A stretch of DNA of 64,000 nt from a virus. Positions 8,627-17,886 of the stretch are shown here, piece by piece; the stretch's first letter is position 1, and the number at the start of each line of letters is the position of its first letter. The position numbers and the translations under genes are program-made. The notes beneath the pieces are model-generated. The model saw only the letters and a list, made by a program, of their open reading frames with translations, made no database searches and was not told the origin of the DNA. The stretch spans positions 15,101 to 79,100 of the IMG/VR virus record IMGVR_UViG_3300038701_002786. One strand, written 5' to 3'.

Positions 8627-9454
8627 TCACGCCACGTTGTTGTACGGCACATATTCGGGTTGCTCGATCGACGTTGGGTATGACAACCCACCATCGATGC
8701 GATGTTTTTTGTCCAGCGACCACACATAACAGTGGTTGCCGGGATGTTTGAACTTCCTCGCACCGATCGTGGCCAACGCGTGCTTGATATAATCGACCCG
8801 GTTGCCACCACCATACTCCGGTGCGCCAAGTTGCTCCAGCGCAACACGAGCGGCATCAGCGCCAGATTCATCGTTGCGAAACTTTGAGAGCATCCTGGGC
8901 GAGATGACGCGCCCATCAGGGGTGATACAGTGGGTGCGTGATGCACTTCGACCGAGATACAGCGCATTGTGCGCTTTGTAGATGGTGCCTACATGTCCGG
9001 GCAGGATAACCTTGCCATCGTGTGTGTGTCGCATCATCGGATCACTGTACGCCATGATCGCGCGCCAGCCCTTGTGTGACTTGACCAGGTCGAATGCTCG
9101 TTTGAGGAACCATGTCTCTGCATTATAGCCAACCTCATCCAATAAGACAAATCGACCAAGCTCCGCAGATTCATCCGCGCCAAGGCCCGTCCATTTGGGC
9201 AACACGCGGTTGTTCATCGGCATCGAGAAGACAGCACACCCAACAAGGCGACCGTGCTGATACAAACCAACGCGAGCGCGCGCAGCTGGATAAGAGCCGC
9301 TGTAGTGATGAGTGGCGATGAAGTCACGCGCCGTGGTGTCATCGTCGATAAGCACGGCTTCCAGCGTGGATGTGTCGACCACATGGCGAGGCTTCACCCA
9401 TCGGCTTTTGCCCTCATTCCAGCGCTGTGACTCATTCCATAGGCTAAGTTGCAT
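8627..9454 (-). CDS. Mom-like GNAT DNA-modification protein (adenine modification, anti-restriction)
   Basis: ARDFIATHHYS, LVGCAVF, ELGRFVL, NAETWFL, AYSD and GHVGTIYKAHNALYLG match the phage Mu Mom motif order. Confidence 0.75.
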   Translation of the reverse strand: MQLSLWNESQRWNEGKSRWVKPRHVVDTSTLEAVLIDDDTTARDFIATHHYSGSYPAARARVGLYQHGRLVGCAVFSMPMNNRVLPKWTGLGADESAELGRFVLLDEVGYNAETWFLKRAFDLVKSHKGWRAIMAYSDPMMRHTHDGKVILPGHVGTIYKAHNALYLGRSASRTHCITPDGRVISPRMLSKFRNDESGADAARVALEQLGAPEYGGGNRVDYIKHALATIGARKFKHPGNHCYVWSLDKKHRIDGGLSYPTSIEQPEYVPYNNVA

Positions 9455-9461
9455 TGTATCC

Positions 9462-9713
9462 TCAATAGTTCTTATCAACCGCTTTGATCCAAAAATAAAA
9501 ATGGCGAGGGACCGATTCATTGATAATTTTCGATTCATTGATGATTTTCAATGTGCACGCACGAGGCAACATATGGTCCATCATGTACACATACTTGTCG
9601 TACTGCTCTTGCTTGGTCTTGGCTTGCTTTATGCGCTGACTGATACGCACGACACACACACAATCCCATTCACCACAAACATTGCAATCACACGGCAAAC
9701 TGATAGCGTTCAT
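9462..9713 (-). CDS. Hypothetical protein
   Basis: Small co-oriented ORF with stop/start overlap. Confidence 0.5.
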   Translation of the reverse strand: MNAISLPCDCNVCGEWDCVCVVRISQRIKQAKTKQEQYDKYVYMMDHMLPRACTLKIINESKIINESVPRHFYFWIKAVDKNY

Positions 9714-10468
9714 GGGTTCGCCTCGATGCGTTGCATCTGTTTGTGGTGGATGTAAAACGTGGTGTATAGCGCTCGACAGTAGGCATCCTTATATCCTTCA
9801 CAACTCAATCCATCCAAACACACAGTCAATAAGCGTTGTGATTCTCTCGGCGTCCACTCCATGTGGATAGGTGATGCTCTTGGGCCTTCGTACAACACAA
9901 AGCCCCCAACCATATTGACACTTGCAAATACAAACATCCCCCTCTGGTTATTAAGCACTCTCGGGTCCGGCATAAGACCACTGGCAACAGAAACAACATC
10001 CTTAAATCCCGCACTCTCAAGATGTGGGCATGGCTTTCTATCCAAAATTGAAGGTGTTTTACCCTCTAAAGTCGGGGGTGAAATACCCTCACTCCATGTG
10101 GAGGGTTTTCGTATTTTGGTGCCGTGCATCCTCACCATCATGGGCAAACAATGATCAAGCAACCAACGGTTGCGGGTATTGCAGTCGCAATCGTGAGAGT
10201 GCCAACCTTGGTCCCGTATGATCGATGTCAATGCTGCAACCGATCCACGTACATCCAAATCCATGCGGTGCATGACGTAGATGTATTGCCTGTGAAGACG
10301 GTCGGGCATCGAAATGCCCTTTGTGTCTTTGATGTATTGCCACACTTCATCAGCCAAAGGCTTGTCTCGATCCACCCGAGCCAACCACTGAAATAAGCCA
10401 CCAAGACCTTGCTGATGGCAAGCGCTTCTAAGTTCGCCAAAATCAACCACACTCAACCTCCACGCCAT
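9710..10468 (-). CDS. Hypothetical protein
   Basis: 252-aa co-oriented ORF. Confidence 0.6.
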   Translation of the reverse strand: MAWRLSVVDFGELRSACHQQGLGGLFQWLARVDRDKPLADEVWQYIKDTKGISMPDRLHRQYIYVMHRMDLDVRGSVAALTSIIRDQGWHSHDCDCNTRNRWLLDHCLPMMVRMHGTKIRKPSTWSEGISPPTLEGKTPSILDRKPCPHLESAGFKDVVSVASGLMPDPRVLNNQRGMFVFASVNMVGGFVLYEGPRASPIHMEWTPRESQRLLTVCLDGLSCEGYKDAYCRALYTTFYIHHKQMQRIEANP

Positions 10469-11063
10469 CCACCATCAAAGTCGACTTCATCACAGTCACA
10501 TCTCGATCCTTAATCACCACAGTGAGCGCTGTATTGAGTCGTTGGATCTCATGTATTGCAGATGACTCAAAATACTCAGCCATTTGCGCCTTGAGCGCTT
10601 CATCCTCACAGGATTCAACGATCAATGATGCAGTTTCCCATCTGTGGAGTTGGACGGCTTCACGAAGCGCGCCAAATTCACCGTGCTCTTCAACACACTG
10701 CATATCCATGCGTCGCAAAACCTCTTGACTGAACCTCACCCAATAATGACGCACTGTAGCCTTGTCTACACCCTTGCGTGATGGGACGATTTTCCTCGTC
10801 ATTTTGTTGATGTAAAATGACCTCTCATAAGGCAATTCAATTGGCGCAAATCGCTCATCAGACAGGTTGAGGTATCGATAGAAATATTGTTCTTGAGAGT
10901 TTCTGGGGGCATCAACGCGCTCCACCAAATACACATCGCCATCAATGACAAAGCGTTGCTGACTCTCTTTCATCTCTTGCAGTTCATGGCCCGACACCCC
11001 GAGCCGCTGCGCAACTGTGGTTGCCTTCATTGGCCTGGAGCGCTCTGCTTTTTCATCATTCAC
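10443..11063 (-). CDS. Hypothetical protein with N-terminal excisionase-like HTH
   Basis: MKATTVAQRLGVSGHELQEM. Confidence 0.55.
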   Translation of the reverse strand: MNDEKAERSRPMKATTVAQRLGVSGHELQEMKESQQRFVIDGDVYLVERVDAPRNSQEQYFYRYLNLSDERFAPIELPYERSFYINKMTRKIVPSRKGVDKATVRHYWVRFSQEVLRRMDMQCVEEHGEFGALREAVQLHRWETASLIVESCEDEALKAQMAEYFESSAIHEIQRLNTALTVVIKDRDVTVMKSTLMVDGVEVECG

Positions 11064-11078
11064 AACACACCCTCTTAT

Positions 11079-11282
11079 TCAACAAAACAGTCCGTCAATA
11101 TAAAGTTGTAACGCCATGATGCGCGTAAGCTCTCGAAACGCCAGATTTGGCTTCGAGCTTCTGGACACATGCCAAATCAACCACTTTCGCTTAACAGTCA
11201 GCCCGATGTTGACCTTCGCCATAGATGGTGAAGCACACAACGCTCGGTGTCGCATTTGTTTTTTCACGTCTTCACTGAGCAT
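11079..11282 (-). CDS. Hypothetical protein
   Basis: Fills the gap in the leftward string. Confidence 0.35.
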   Translation of the reverse strand: MLSEDVKKQMRHRALCASPSMAKVNIGLTVKRKWLIWHVSRSSKPNLAFRELTRIMALQLYIDGLFC

Positions 11283-11529
11283 TGGTCTCCTCACATTTGG
11301 TACACATCACCAACGAGTCATCGCCAGCGGTGTCAAACCACTCTCCGCACACTTCACAATGCTTCGCTTCACCACCGAGGATCGCGTGAGCGAGTGGATG
11401 AAGGTAAATCTCGGCATCTTCACGACATGTTGTGCACGTTGTCAGCCCATCATCACCGTCGCCCTCAGACCTTGGCACAAGGCGCTCACAACACCCACAC
11501 ACACTCATTGTTTCACCCTGCTCTGGCAT
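11272..11529 (-). CDS. Small Cys-rich protein (four CxxC)
   Basis: CGCC, CTTC, CEVC, CTKC. Confidence 0.55.
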   Translation of the reverse strand: MPEQGETMSVCGCCERLVPRSEGDGDDGLTTCTTCREDAEIYLHPLAHAILGGEAKHCEVCGEWFDTAGDDSLVMCTKCEETNAQ

Positions 11530-11532
11530 GGC

Positions 11533-12090
11533 TTAAAACTCACTGGACGCAATGTAAGCCGTAGATACCAAATCCTCCACAAGCGAAAGCGCAAGGTGTA
11601 CAGGACGCCCGTTTTCATCGTGGAATTGAAAATCTTTGATGTCTTGAGGGGTCAATCGCTCGACACTGACTGGTTCAATATCCATTTCTGCCATGGTTGC
11701 GCCAATTGCTCGCTCAACTACCTTGACCGCCAGATTGGGATCGTCCGCCCACACCCAGTGGTATGCCCCATCATCAACGCGGTAGATTTTGAGTTGTTGC
11801 ATGAGACGATTGAGTCTCTTGTTGCTCAACTCATCATGAGTCAACAGCAAAGACATTTCCTTGGCAATTTCCTCTCGAAGCCAGTGCTGGTTTACATCCA
11901 GTTCTTCGACAGGAACACCCAACTCTTCACCAGGGCCACACTTGCCTTTGTGTGTGCATACATCATCGGCAAACATGAACCTGTTCCACTCATTCCAGAT
12001 CGGTTCCCCGCATGATTCACAAATGCTAATGTACTCACGATCGCGCAACTCAACTTCTCGCTCAATCTCTTGTTTGTCCATCCTATCCAT
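11533..12090 (-). CDS. Hypothetical protein with C-terminal 'IYRxDDGxYHWVWA' domain
   Basis: C-terminal ~95 aa are paralogous to 14684-15277. Confidence 0.65.
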   Translation of the reverse strand: MDRMDKQEIEREVELRDREYISICESCGEPIWNEWNRFMFADDVCTHKGKCGPGEELGVPVEELDVNQHWLREEIAKEMSLLLTHDELSNKRLNRLMQQLKIYRVDDGAYHWVWADDPNLAVKVVERAIGATMAEMDIEPVSVERLTPQDIKDFQFHDENGRPVHLALSLVEDLVSTAYIASSEF

Positions 12091-12167
12091 AGTCTTTTCT
12101 CACTGTGTTTGTTGTTTTATTCACTGTGCTTCGCACCGACGAAGCTCTCTTTCGATGCCTACGCCGT

Positions 12168-12872
12168 TCACCATTCACTCCATTCATCAAAACACTCATC
12201 CAAAAATTCATCATGGTGCCCATCACCAGTTGGCGTGTCTTCCGGTTCGGGCACATCGGTCCAAGTGACATTCAGAACCAATGACTCACCTGTGCAGGGC
12301 GTGCGTCCTCCGTGCGAGGATCGAATCACATCACCATCTTTACTCGGCTCTGACATCACGCTGAAGTCACTGTCATGCTCGTCACCGCACGCGGGGCAAT
12401 TGTGATAGTAAAAGCACATTTGGTCGAACACATGGTCAGGGTTACCGTCATACCAATCCCATTCCTTAGTCAGTTCGTGTGTGTGTTGCTCACCCTCATA
12501 ATACATGAAGCCTCGCGTCAGTTTCGTCTTTGGCCGTGGGTTTTTGAGCATCAGGACTTCCTCACACTCCCAAAACAAATGACAACCGCTAAACACCTTG
12601 CCGGTGGTCTCACACTCGGTCAAACCCACCACAATTGAATCACACATTGCCACAGCGACGATCTGGCCTTCGATCTGGAACCAGATGCGATCACCCCGTC
12701 GAAACCCCTTCGGTGCATATTGCAACGTCCAGAACGCAAATCCATCGCCTTTGAGCTTGTCTTCCAGTGTGTGCTTGGCTTGTGCCTTTGGTACAGCAAT
12801 CAGTATATCAGTCACAGGTTCTCCTGGGTTTACTTCCGTGCAAATTCGCGTCCACATTCGGTCACTGACCAA
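12168..12872 (-). CDS. ASCH/PUA-like domain protein with acidic Cys-containing tail
   Basis: W..APK..RGDRIWF..G.IVA..RGFMY; similar to 33968-34288. Confidence 0.5.
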   Translation of the reverse strand: MVSDRMWTRICTEVNPGEPVTDILIAVPKAQAKHTLEDKLKGDGFAFWTLQYAPKGFRRGDRIWFQIEGQIVAVAMCDSIVVGLTECETTGKVFSGCHLFWECEEVLMLKNPRPKTKLTRGFMYYEGEQHTHELTKEWDWYDGNPDHVFDQMCFYYHNCPACGDEHDSDFSVMSEPSKDGDVIRSSHGGRTPCTGESLVLNVTWTDVPEPEDTPTGDGHHDEFLDECFDEWSEW

Positions 12873-13348
12873 ATCTCCGCATCCGTTGTTTCTCGATCCT
12901 CATGACGCAGCATCAAACCCCATGCAGCAAGTTCATGTACAAACCTTTGGGTCTTTTGCCTGGGACCAGTGGTGTAATTGTTGCGATATGACTCGCCCTC
13001 CCCCGCAGTGTTAAGGCCCAGAGCATGGCGAAGAATAGCGAGATGCTGCATGGTCACTTCATCAAAAGAGGTGATGTCCAACTCATTGTCGATGACCAGG
13101 CGCACAACAACATGTTCGATATTTTCAACCACAAACGGATAGTTAGGATCATCAGGCTCTTCAAGCAACACATCAGTCAAATGACCCAACCGCACATCAG
13201 CGCGCAAACTCAAAGAAGGCTCAATGCTCTCAAGCTCATATCCAGCCAGTTCAACAGCTTCCTTCAGCGCGCCCTGTCTGGTTGTTGAATCACATTCCCA
13301 GAAGTATTCGTCATCGGTACTACAGCACCATTTAATTCCATCGGTCAT
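12830..13348 (-). CDS. Hypothetical protein with C-terminal 'HALG..YRN' domain
   Basis: ILRHALG...SYRNNY...WSVTECGREFA. Confidence 0.65.
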   Translation of the reverse strand: MTDGIKWCCSTDDEYFWECDSTTRQGALKEAVELAGYELESIEPSLSLRADVRLGHLTDVLLEEPDDPNYPFVVENIEHVVVRLVIDNELDITSFDEVTMQHLAILRHALGLNTAGEGESYRNNYTTGPRQKTQRFVHELAAWGLMLRHEDRETTDAEIWSVTECGREFARK

Positions 13349-13359
13349 TGTCTATTCCT

Positions 13360-13378
13360 GCTGTAAACTGTTTACAGC
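13360..13378. promoter_or_regulatory. Palindrome motif A (GCTGTAAAC-T-GTTTACAGC)
   Basis: Perfect 9+1+9 inverted repeat in the gap upstream of the 13348 start. Confidence 0.75.
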
Positions 13379-13386
13379 TTCTCTTG

Positions 13387-14331
13387 TTAACTAAAGTTTA
13401 GATTTACGACACAAGGGTCCAAAATCACGGGCTCTTTACATTCAACAGACATCTGCTCCGGCAAAGGAACCGATGGCAATTTGGTTCCAATTGGTTGACG
13501 TAACAACTCGGTCAATACATGTTCACATGCCTGCAAAACATCACGCCAAACCGCTCTTTCGACTGCATCAGTTGTTAGCACAGGATCATATGCGGTCCAT
13601 TCAGCGACACCAATGTTGTCCATTTTCCAGAAACCTAAAACTACAGGGTACGGAGTCGTTGGTCGCGATAGTTCCGCGCACACCCCAAAACTACTTGATA
13701 CAGCAGAATTACCGTGATGATCGCGACCCTCAACAACCAAGTTTAAGACGAACGCCTCAGCGGCCTGTTCATGTTCAATGACATAACGCCGGTGTGCAGC
13801 AATTGGCGCTCCGTGGAGCACGCCATTACCACCAAGGGTCTGATGGTAAAAACCGACGTTATATTGGCTAATGTGATCCCACTTTAAAAAGTCAATATCT
13901 TTGCCCTGTCGCCAACAATACTGAGCTGCGCGTATCAACATGGAAACATCTGAAAACCAACAAAACAACCGGGTCAAAACAACCAACGCATCAAAACGGT
14001 CCAGCACATGCCAGTGGGCACACTCGCGGGGCAAGGCATTGTCCTGGTGTGTGTAACTCGTTATATGACATGGTATTCTTGGTTCATTAGCGCACAATTC
14101 AAAAGACAGACAAAAACCCCAATAGCCGATACCACCAATATGAATAATCTCTTCAACAACCAGTGAATCTGCAACATACGGGAAGCATTTATCCAAAAAC
14201 CAATCCCAATCGTCGAGTTCAAAGTTGCACTGACACAACACCGCAGACAAACTTTGTACGGTCTTCAACTTGTTGTTCGCATTGGCCCAACTACGGACCT
14301 CTGCCATCAAATGTAGTTTGGCTAAACTCAT
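13387..14331 (-). CDS. Hypothetical protein
   Basis: Long co-oriented ORF; start MSLAK overlaps the upstream stop. Confidence 0.6.
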   Translation of the reverse strand: MSLAKLHLMAEVRSWANANNKLKTVQSLSAVLCQCNFELDDWDWFLDKCFPYVADSLVVEEIIHIGGIGYWGFCLSFELCANEPRIPCHITSYTHQDNALPRECAHWHVLDRFDALVVLTRLFCWFSDVSMLIRAAQYCWRQGKDIDFLKWDHISQYNVGFYHQTLGGNGVLHGAPIAAHRRYVIEHEQAAEAFVLNLVVEGRDHHGNSAVSSSFGVCAELSRPTTPYPVVLGFWKMDNIGVAEWTAYDPVLTTDAVERAVWRDVLQACEHVLTELLRQPIGTKLPSVPLPEQMSVECKEPVILDPCVVNLNFS

Positions 14332-14582
14332 TCTGTTTTCGCTGAGCGAGAGCTCACAACAAACGAAACGGTGAAGTCCCAATTAATTTCAATTGGCTGA
14401 AAACAAGAATCGCAGGTCGTCTTCAGTGAACATGTATTGTAGCGCAACACATCCTCCAAGCACTCCGTAATGTGGCCGCAATGCGGACACATGAACATAT
14501 CGTCAGACGACGTTGCACCATCTTCTTGGATGTGCACGTCGTGTGTTTTGGCAATCGCTTCTAATTCAATCTTCGTTTTCAT
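14328..14582 (-). CDS. Zinc-ribbon protein
   Basis: CPHC...CDSC. Confidence 0.55.
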   Translation of the reverse strand: MKTKIELEAIAKTHDVHIQEDGATSSDDMFMCPHCGHITECLEDVLRYNTCSLKTTCDSCFQPIEINWDFTVSFVVSSRSAKTE

Positions 14583-14683
14583 GAACACATCCACCAATAT
14601 AAGGAACACACCAGTTCCTGAGACACAAGTAAGACACCAAAGACTTCCAATACAGAATGAAACTCAGTCAAAACAAACATTAC

Positions 14684-15277
14684 TCACCATGAACTTGAGC
14701 AGATATAAAGCCAAATAGCGCCGCAACGAGCCACTTGAAATGCACAAGGGACAGATTGTCTTGTCAACGCATCGATCGAACTGAATTCAACAACTTCATC
14801 TGGAGTAAGTTGATAGACCTCATCAGAATATTCGACATCCGCCATATACCCAATAGATGAATCAAGACACATGCGCGCCATTGTTTCATTTTCGGCCCAC
14901 ACCCAATGATATTCGCCATCATCGAAACGGTAAATGTTTAGAGCTCTGGTCAAGCGTCGATATTCATTTCTCGAATGTTGTTCGCGTTGGGTCAACTTGA
15001 TCAGTTCGGTCAATAATGCGTCACGTATTTGCACCTGAGACATAGCCTCGGACAACCCGCCTACGTGGCCATCAACCATATCCAACTCTCCACCATTACC
15101 CTGAGCCAACGATAATTGGCCATCTTGTGTACTGGAGGGTTTAGATATTTCAGCAATGGGATGTTCATTTTCTTTTGCGACACCAACTGCATCAATTCGC
15201 GCCTGCAAACGTTCAACAAACGCCGTCAAGCTCATGAAAATCAACATACACACCGTGAAAAGCATAAATTCACTCAT
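14684..15277 (-). CDS. Hypothetical protein with N-terminal membrane anchor and C-terminal 'IYRxDDGxYHWVWA' domain
   Basis: Paralogous to 11533-12090. Confidence 0.65.
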   Translation of the reverse strand: MSEFMLFTVCMLIFMSLTAFVERLQARIDAVGVAKENEHPIAEISKPSSTQDGQLSLAQGNGGELDMVDGHVGGLSEAMSQVQIRDALLTELIKLTQREQHSRNEYRRLTRALNIYRFDDGEYHWVWAENETMARMCLDSSIGYMADVEYSDEVYQLTPDEVVEFSSIDALTRQSVPCAFQVARCGAIWLYICSSSW

Positions 15278-15963
15278 TGCTCATTATCCTCATTGGAGTT
15301 CACCAAGTGCCAGGATTTCGACTCAACATCAATGTGCACAACAACCGATTCAACTATTGGCCCATCAGGAACGAATGGGTGTGACCACTCATGACCTCGC
15401 GCCATACAATATCCGTCGATCACATCGCCGATCAGCTCAGACAACTCGTTCAGATCGGCACCATGCCACACTGCATCTAAATCATCATCCTGCTGCCAGT
15501 CCGCATATGCAGACCACGCTTTTTCGAGCATCGACTTGATCTCACTTGCCGCAAGACAATCCCCTGTGCGCGCTGGTTTGGTCATGCGAACTTCGAGTTC
15601 ATAGCGCTGCTCAGTCCATCCGCGCTCCAAAACACGATTAACATACGCGTCGATAGCACCCATACGCGATGCGGCAAAACCCCATTCATATCCAGCATCA
15701 GTCACACACAGCATAGGCTTTACGCCCCATACTCGACGTTGAATATCAAGATGACGCTCAACGCTCTCAAAATGTGCCCATGCAAGGCTAGCGAGCCTCA
15801 CAAGAAGGCTCTGACGCCTTTGATGGTGGCGAACATGAAGCACTTCTGTGCATTGACGTAACAAGCCCGCCCAACCATGCGGACCCAGTTGGTCATCGTG
15901 CTCCTGGCTGTACTTCTGACGGGATTTGTACTTGGAAATAATCAGCGCGGTGAGAAATTTCAT
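15274..15963 (-). CDS. Hypothetical protein, N-terminus possibly a degenerate MazG-like helical domain
   Basis: EHDDQ...W...LVRLASLAWAHFESVER pattern; acidic catalytic residues poorly kept. Confidence 0.45.
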   Translation of the reverse strand: MKFLTALIISKYKSRQKYSQEHDDQLGPHGWAGLLRQCTEVLHVRHHQRRQSLLVRLASLAWAHFESVERHLDIQRRVWGVKPMLCVTDAGYEWGFAASRMGAIDAYVNRVLERGWTEQRYELEVRMTKPARTGDCLAASEIKSMLEKAWSAYADWQQDDDLDAVWHGADLNELSELIGDVIDGYCMARGHEWSHPFVPDGPIVESVVVHIDVESKSWHLVNSNEDNEQ

Positions 15964-16023
15964 GGTTGGACCCTCTTTGTTGAATCCATTTGCATAGAAT
16001 GTTCAGTTACTTTACAGAATTAT

Positions 16024-16056
16024 TGTTATCGGCTGTTATGTTATCGGCTGTTATGT
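16024..16056. repeat. 15-bp tandem duplication (TGTTATCGGCTGTTA x2.2)
   Basis: Read directly from the sequence; begins at the stop of 16051-16620. Confidence 0.9.
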
Positions 16057-16620
16057 CTTGGCGAGTTTTCCGCCAGGACAAAGGGTTTTGCTCAACAGAA
16101 ACAAAACCTGTTCGAACTTTTGATTGATGTTGTCATTGGGATTGACACCATTTGCTCTCAGTACTGCATCGAAACGCCTACCAAATTGCAGAAAACCATT
16201 CCGAGCAATCAATGCACGTTGCAACGTCTGGCGCACCAGTCTGAAGTCCGATTGCGTCGTCCAGCCCAAATCCTTGTACAGCAATTTCAATTGATGACAG
16301 GCCTCTTCGTACTGCGTCTTTGATGCAGCAATATCTCGACATGCCTGTGTGAATTGAGTTGAATCAGTCGATTCTGGCAAACCCAACGCTCGAAGTGACT
16401 CAATCCAAACCTGTTGAATATCACCATGTCGAATGACAGATGATTCCATCCGGAAATACTTGTCATTTAACTCAACAGATCGAATTTTCAGTGCAACCGT
16501 CTCCGCGCCTTGCCTGGAGAGCAAGACCAACCCCTGCTCGAAGCCTTGGACTTCGTAAACAAAGTCTGTGCGTCTGCTTCGATAGATATCACCGATTGAA
16601 ATATCAGTCATCACATTCAC
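16051..16620 (-). CDS. Hypothetical protein (SH3/KOW-like N-terminus, coiled coil)
   Basis: IGDIYRS...YEV N-terminus; GGAG SD favours the ATG at 16611. Confidence 0.55.
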   Translation of the reverse strand: MNVMTDISIGDIYRSRRTDFVYEVQGFEQGLVLLSRQGAETVALKIRSVELNDKYFRMESSVIRHGDIQQVWIESLRALGLPESTDSTQFTQACRDIAASKTQYEEACHQLKLLYKDLGWTTQSDFRLVRQTLQRALIARNGFLQFGRRFDAVLRANGVNPNDNINQKFEQVLFLLSKTLCPGGKLAKT

Positions 16621-16625
16621 TCCGC

Positions 16626-16646
16626 AGGTGTAAACAGTTTACACCT
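16626..16646. promoter_or_regulatory. Palindrome motif A (AGGTGTAAAC-A-GTTTACACCT)
   Basis: Perfect 10+1+10 inverted repeat between the promoter and the SD. Confidence 0.85.
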
Positions 16647-16662
16647 AGTTTGTTTTGTATAA

Positions 16663-16695
16663 AATGAGTCTACATTTAAGACTCATTGTTTTCAA
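16663..16695 (-). promoter_or_regulatory. sigma70-like promoter TTGAAA-17-TAGACT with embedded motif B operator
   Basis: -35 at 16695-16690, -10 at 16672-16667; AATGAGTCT-ACATTTA-AGACTCATT at 16663-16687. Confidence 0.8.
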
Positions 16696-17402
16696 TAGTG
16701 TTTTTGTTTTTCTTCAGATGGAAAAAGATTCTGGATTTGCTTCAACCGGTCACGCATAGATCTGAGTTCTCGGACCAAAGACACTTCCATCATCGCACGT
16801 TGGTCGACATTCGTTTCATCCTTGATGATCTGGATTGCTTTCATCCACAAACGGTTGTTGGTGGCAACGCGAAAATGCTCCAGTGAAGACATGTTTTGTG
16901 TGTGTGACTGAACAATGGGATGCCGTTGGCAAAAATCATTGAGTTCCCTCATGAACACAATCTTGTCGCATGTATCCATCTCATCTGTGTACCTCCGAAC
17001 ATCCCATTGAGCAGCGGTATCAACTTCGTCCTCTTCCACTTCCTTCAAATAAGCGATTCGACTGGCGTTGAGTTTTTCAAGACATTCCGGTCCATCATCA
17101 ACGCCTTCGACATAAAGACCCATGATACGCTCTGGCCCATCTCTTTGAAGCAGATCGCGCGAATCCCACCAGCCATGCAACTTATAAAGTTCCACAGGCC
17201 GATTAATGTACGAGACCAAGGGCATGTATAACGTCCCATTCGGTCGAAATGAAATAGAACTTCGCGAAGTACGCATGATGCCAGTTGGAGTAATTCTGGT
17301 GATTTGAATTGGATATCCACCCCGAACCCAATCAATAAACACCCAAACCACATCACCCGGTCGAATCTCCAACATATTGCCAGTGCGTTTATCTACTGAC
17401 AT
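16692..17402 (-). CDS. Hypothetical protein
   Basis: 236-aa ORF; IRPGDVVWV N-terminus. Confidence 0.6.
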   Translation of the reverse strand: MSVDKRTGNMLEIRPGDVVWVFIDWVRGGYPIQITRITPTGIMRTSRSSISFRPNGTLYMPLVSYINRPVELYKLHGWWDSRDLLQRDGPERIMGLYVEGVDDGPECLEKLNASRIAYLKEVEEDEVDTAAQWDVRRYTDEMDTCDKIVFMRELNDFCQRHPIVQSHTQNMSSLEHFRVATNNRLWMKAIQIIKDETNVDQRAMMEVSLVRELRSMRDRLKQIQNLFPSEEKQKHY

Positions 17403-17886
17403 GACTTATCCTTTTTTTTGTACCCAACACGTCGAGTAGATCTGAAACTCTTTGTGCAATTTGGCCCATACTCCATTCCGTCCAGTTTTCGTACAATCCG
17501 CGACTCAATCTTCCCGTGTTGGTGTATCCAAACTCCGTTGAAATTTGACATTCATGGAGATGAAGCATCAACGTGAAATCGTCTATCCTGTATACAGCAA
17601 TAAGCCCATGATTGGGTCCGCGCTTGAAGTACGGTATTGTCGCATTCATTTTTGAAATGCCCACAATAATTGCTCGCGAATCAGAATTGGCCAAATCAAG
17701 GTTTTCCAAGAATGAATCGAGTCGTTCCAATGCATCTGGAAAACCAATAGGGTTGCACTTCACACAACGCAATTCATCTTGGATGATCAAGTTGTCTGAG
17801 CTAGAAAACCCACAAATAGTACATTCGTGGTCATCGATGTAAAACGGTTCAATCACATCAACCTCCCGACTTGTTGGTCGACCCAA
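17389..17886 (-). CDS. Hypothetical protein with N-terminal zinc ribbon
   Basis: CTIC...CVKC. Confidence 0.55.
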   Translation of the reverse strand: MGRPTSREVDVIEPFYIDDHECTICGFSSSDNLIIQDELRCVKCNPIGFPDALERLDSFLENLDLANSDSRAIIVGISKMNATIPYFKRGPNHGLIAVYRIDDFTLMLHLHECQISTEFGYTNTGRLSRGLYENWTEWSMGQIAQRVSDLLDVLGTKKRISHVSR

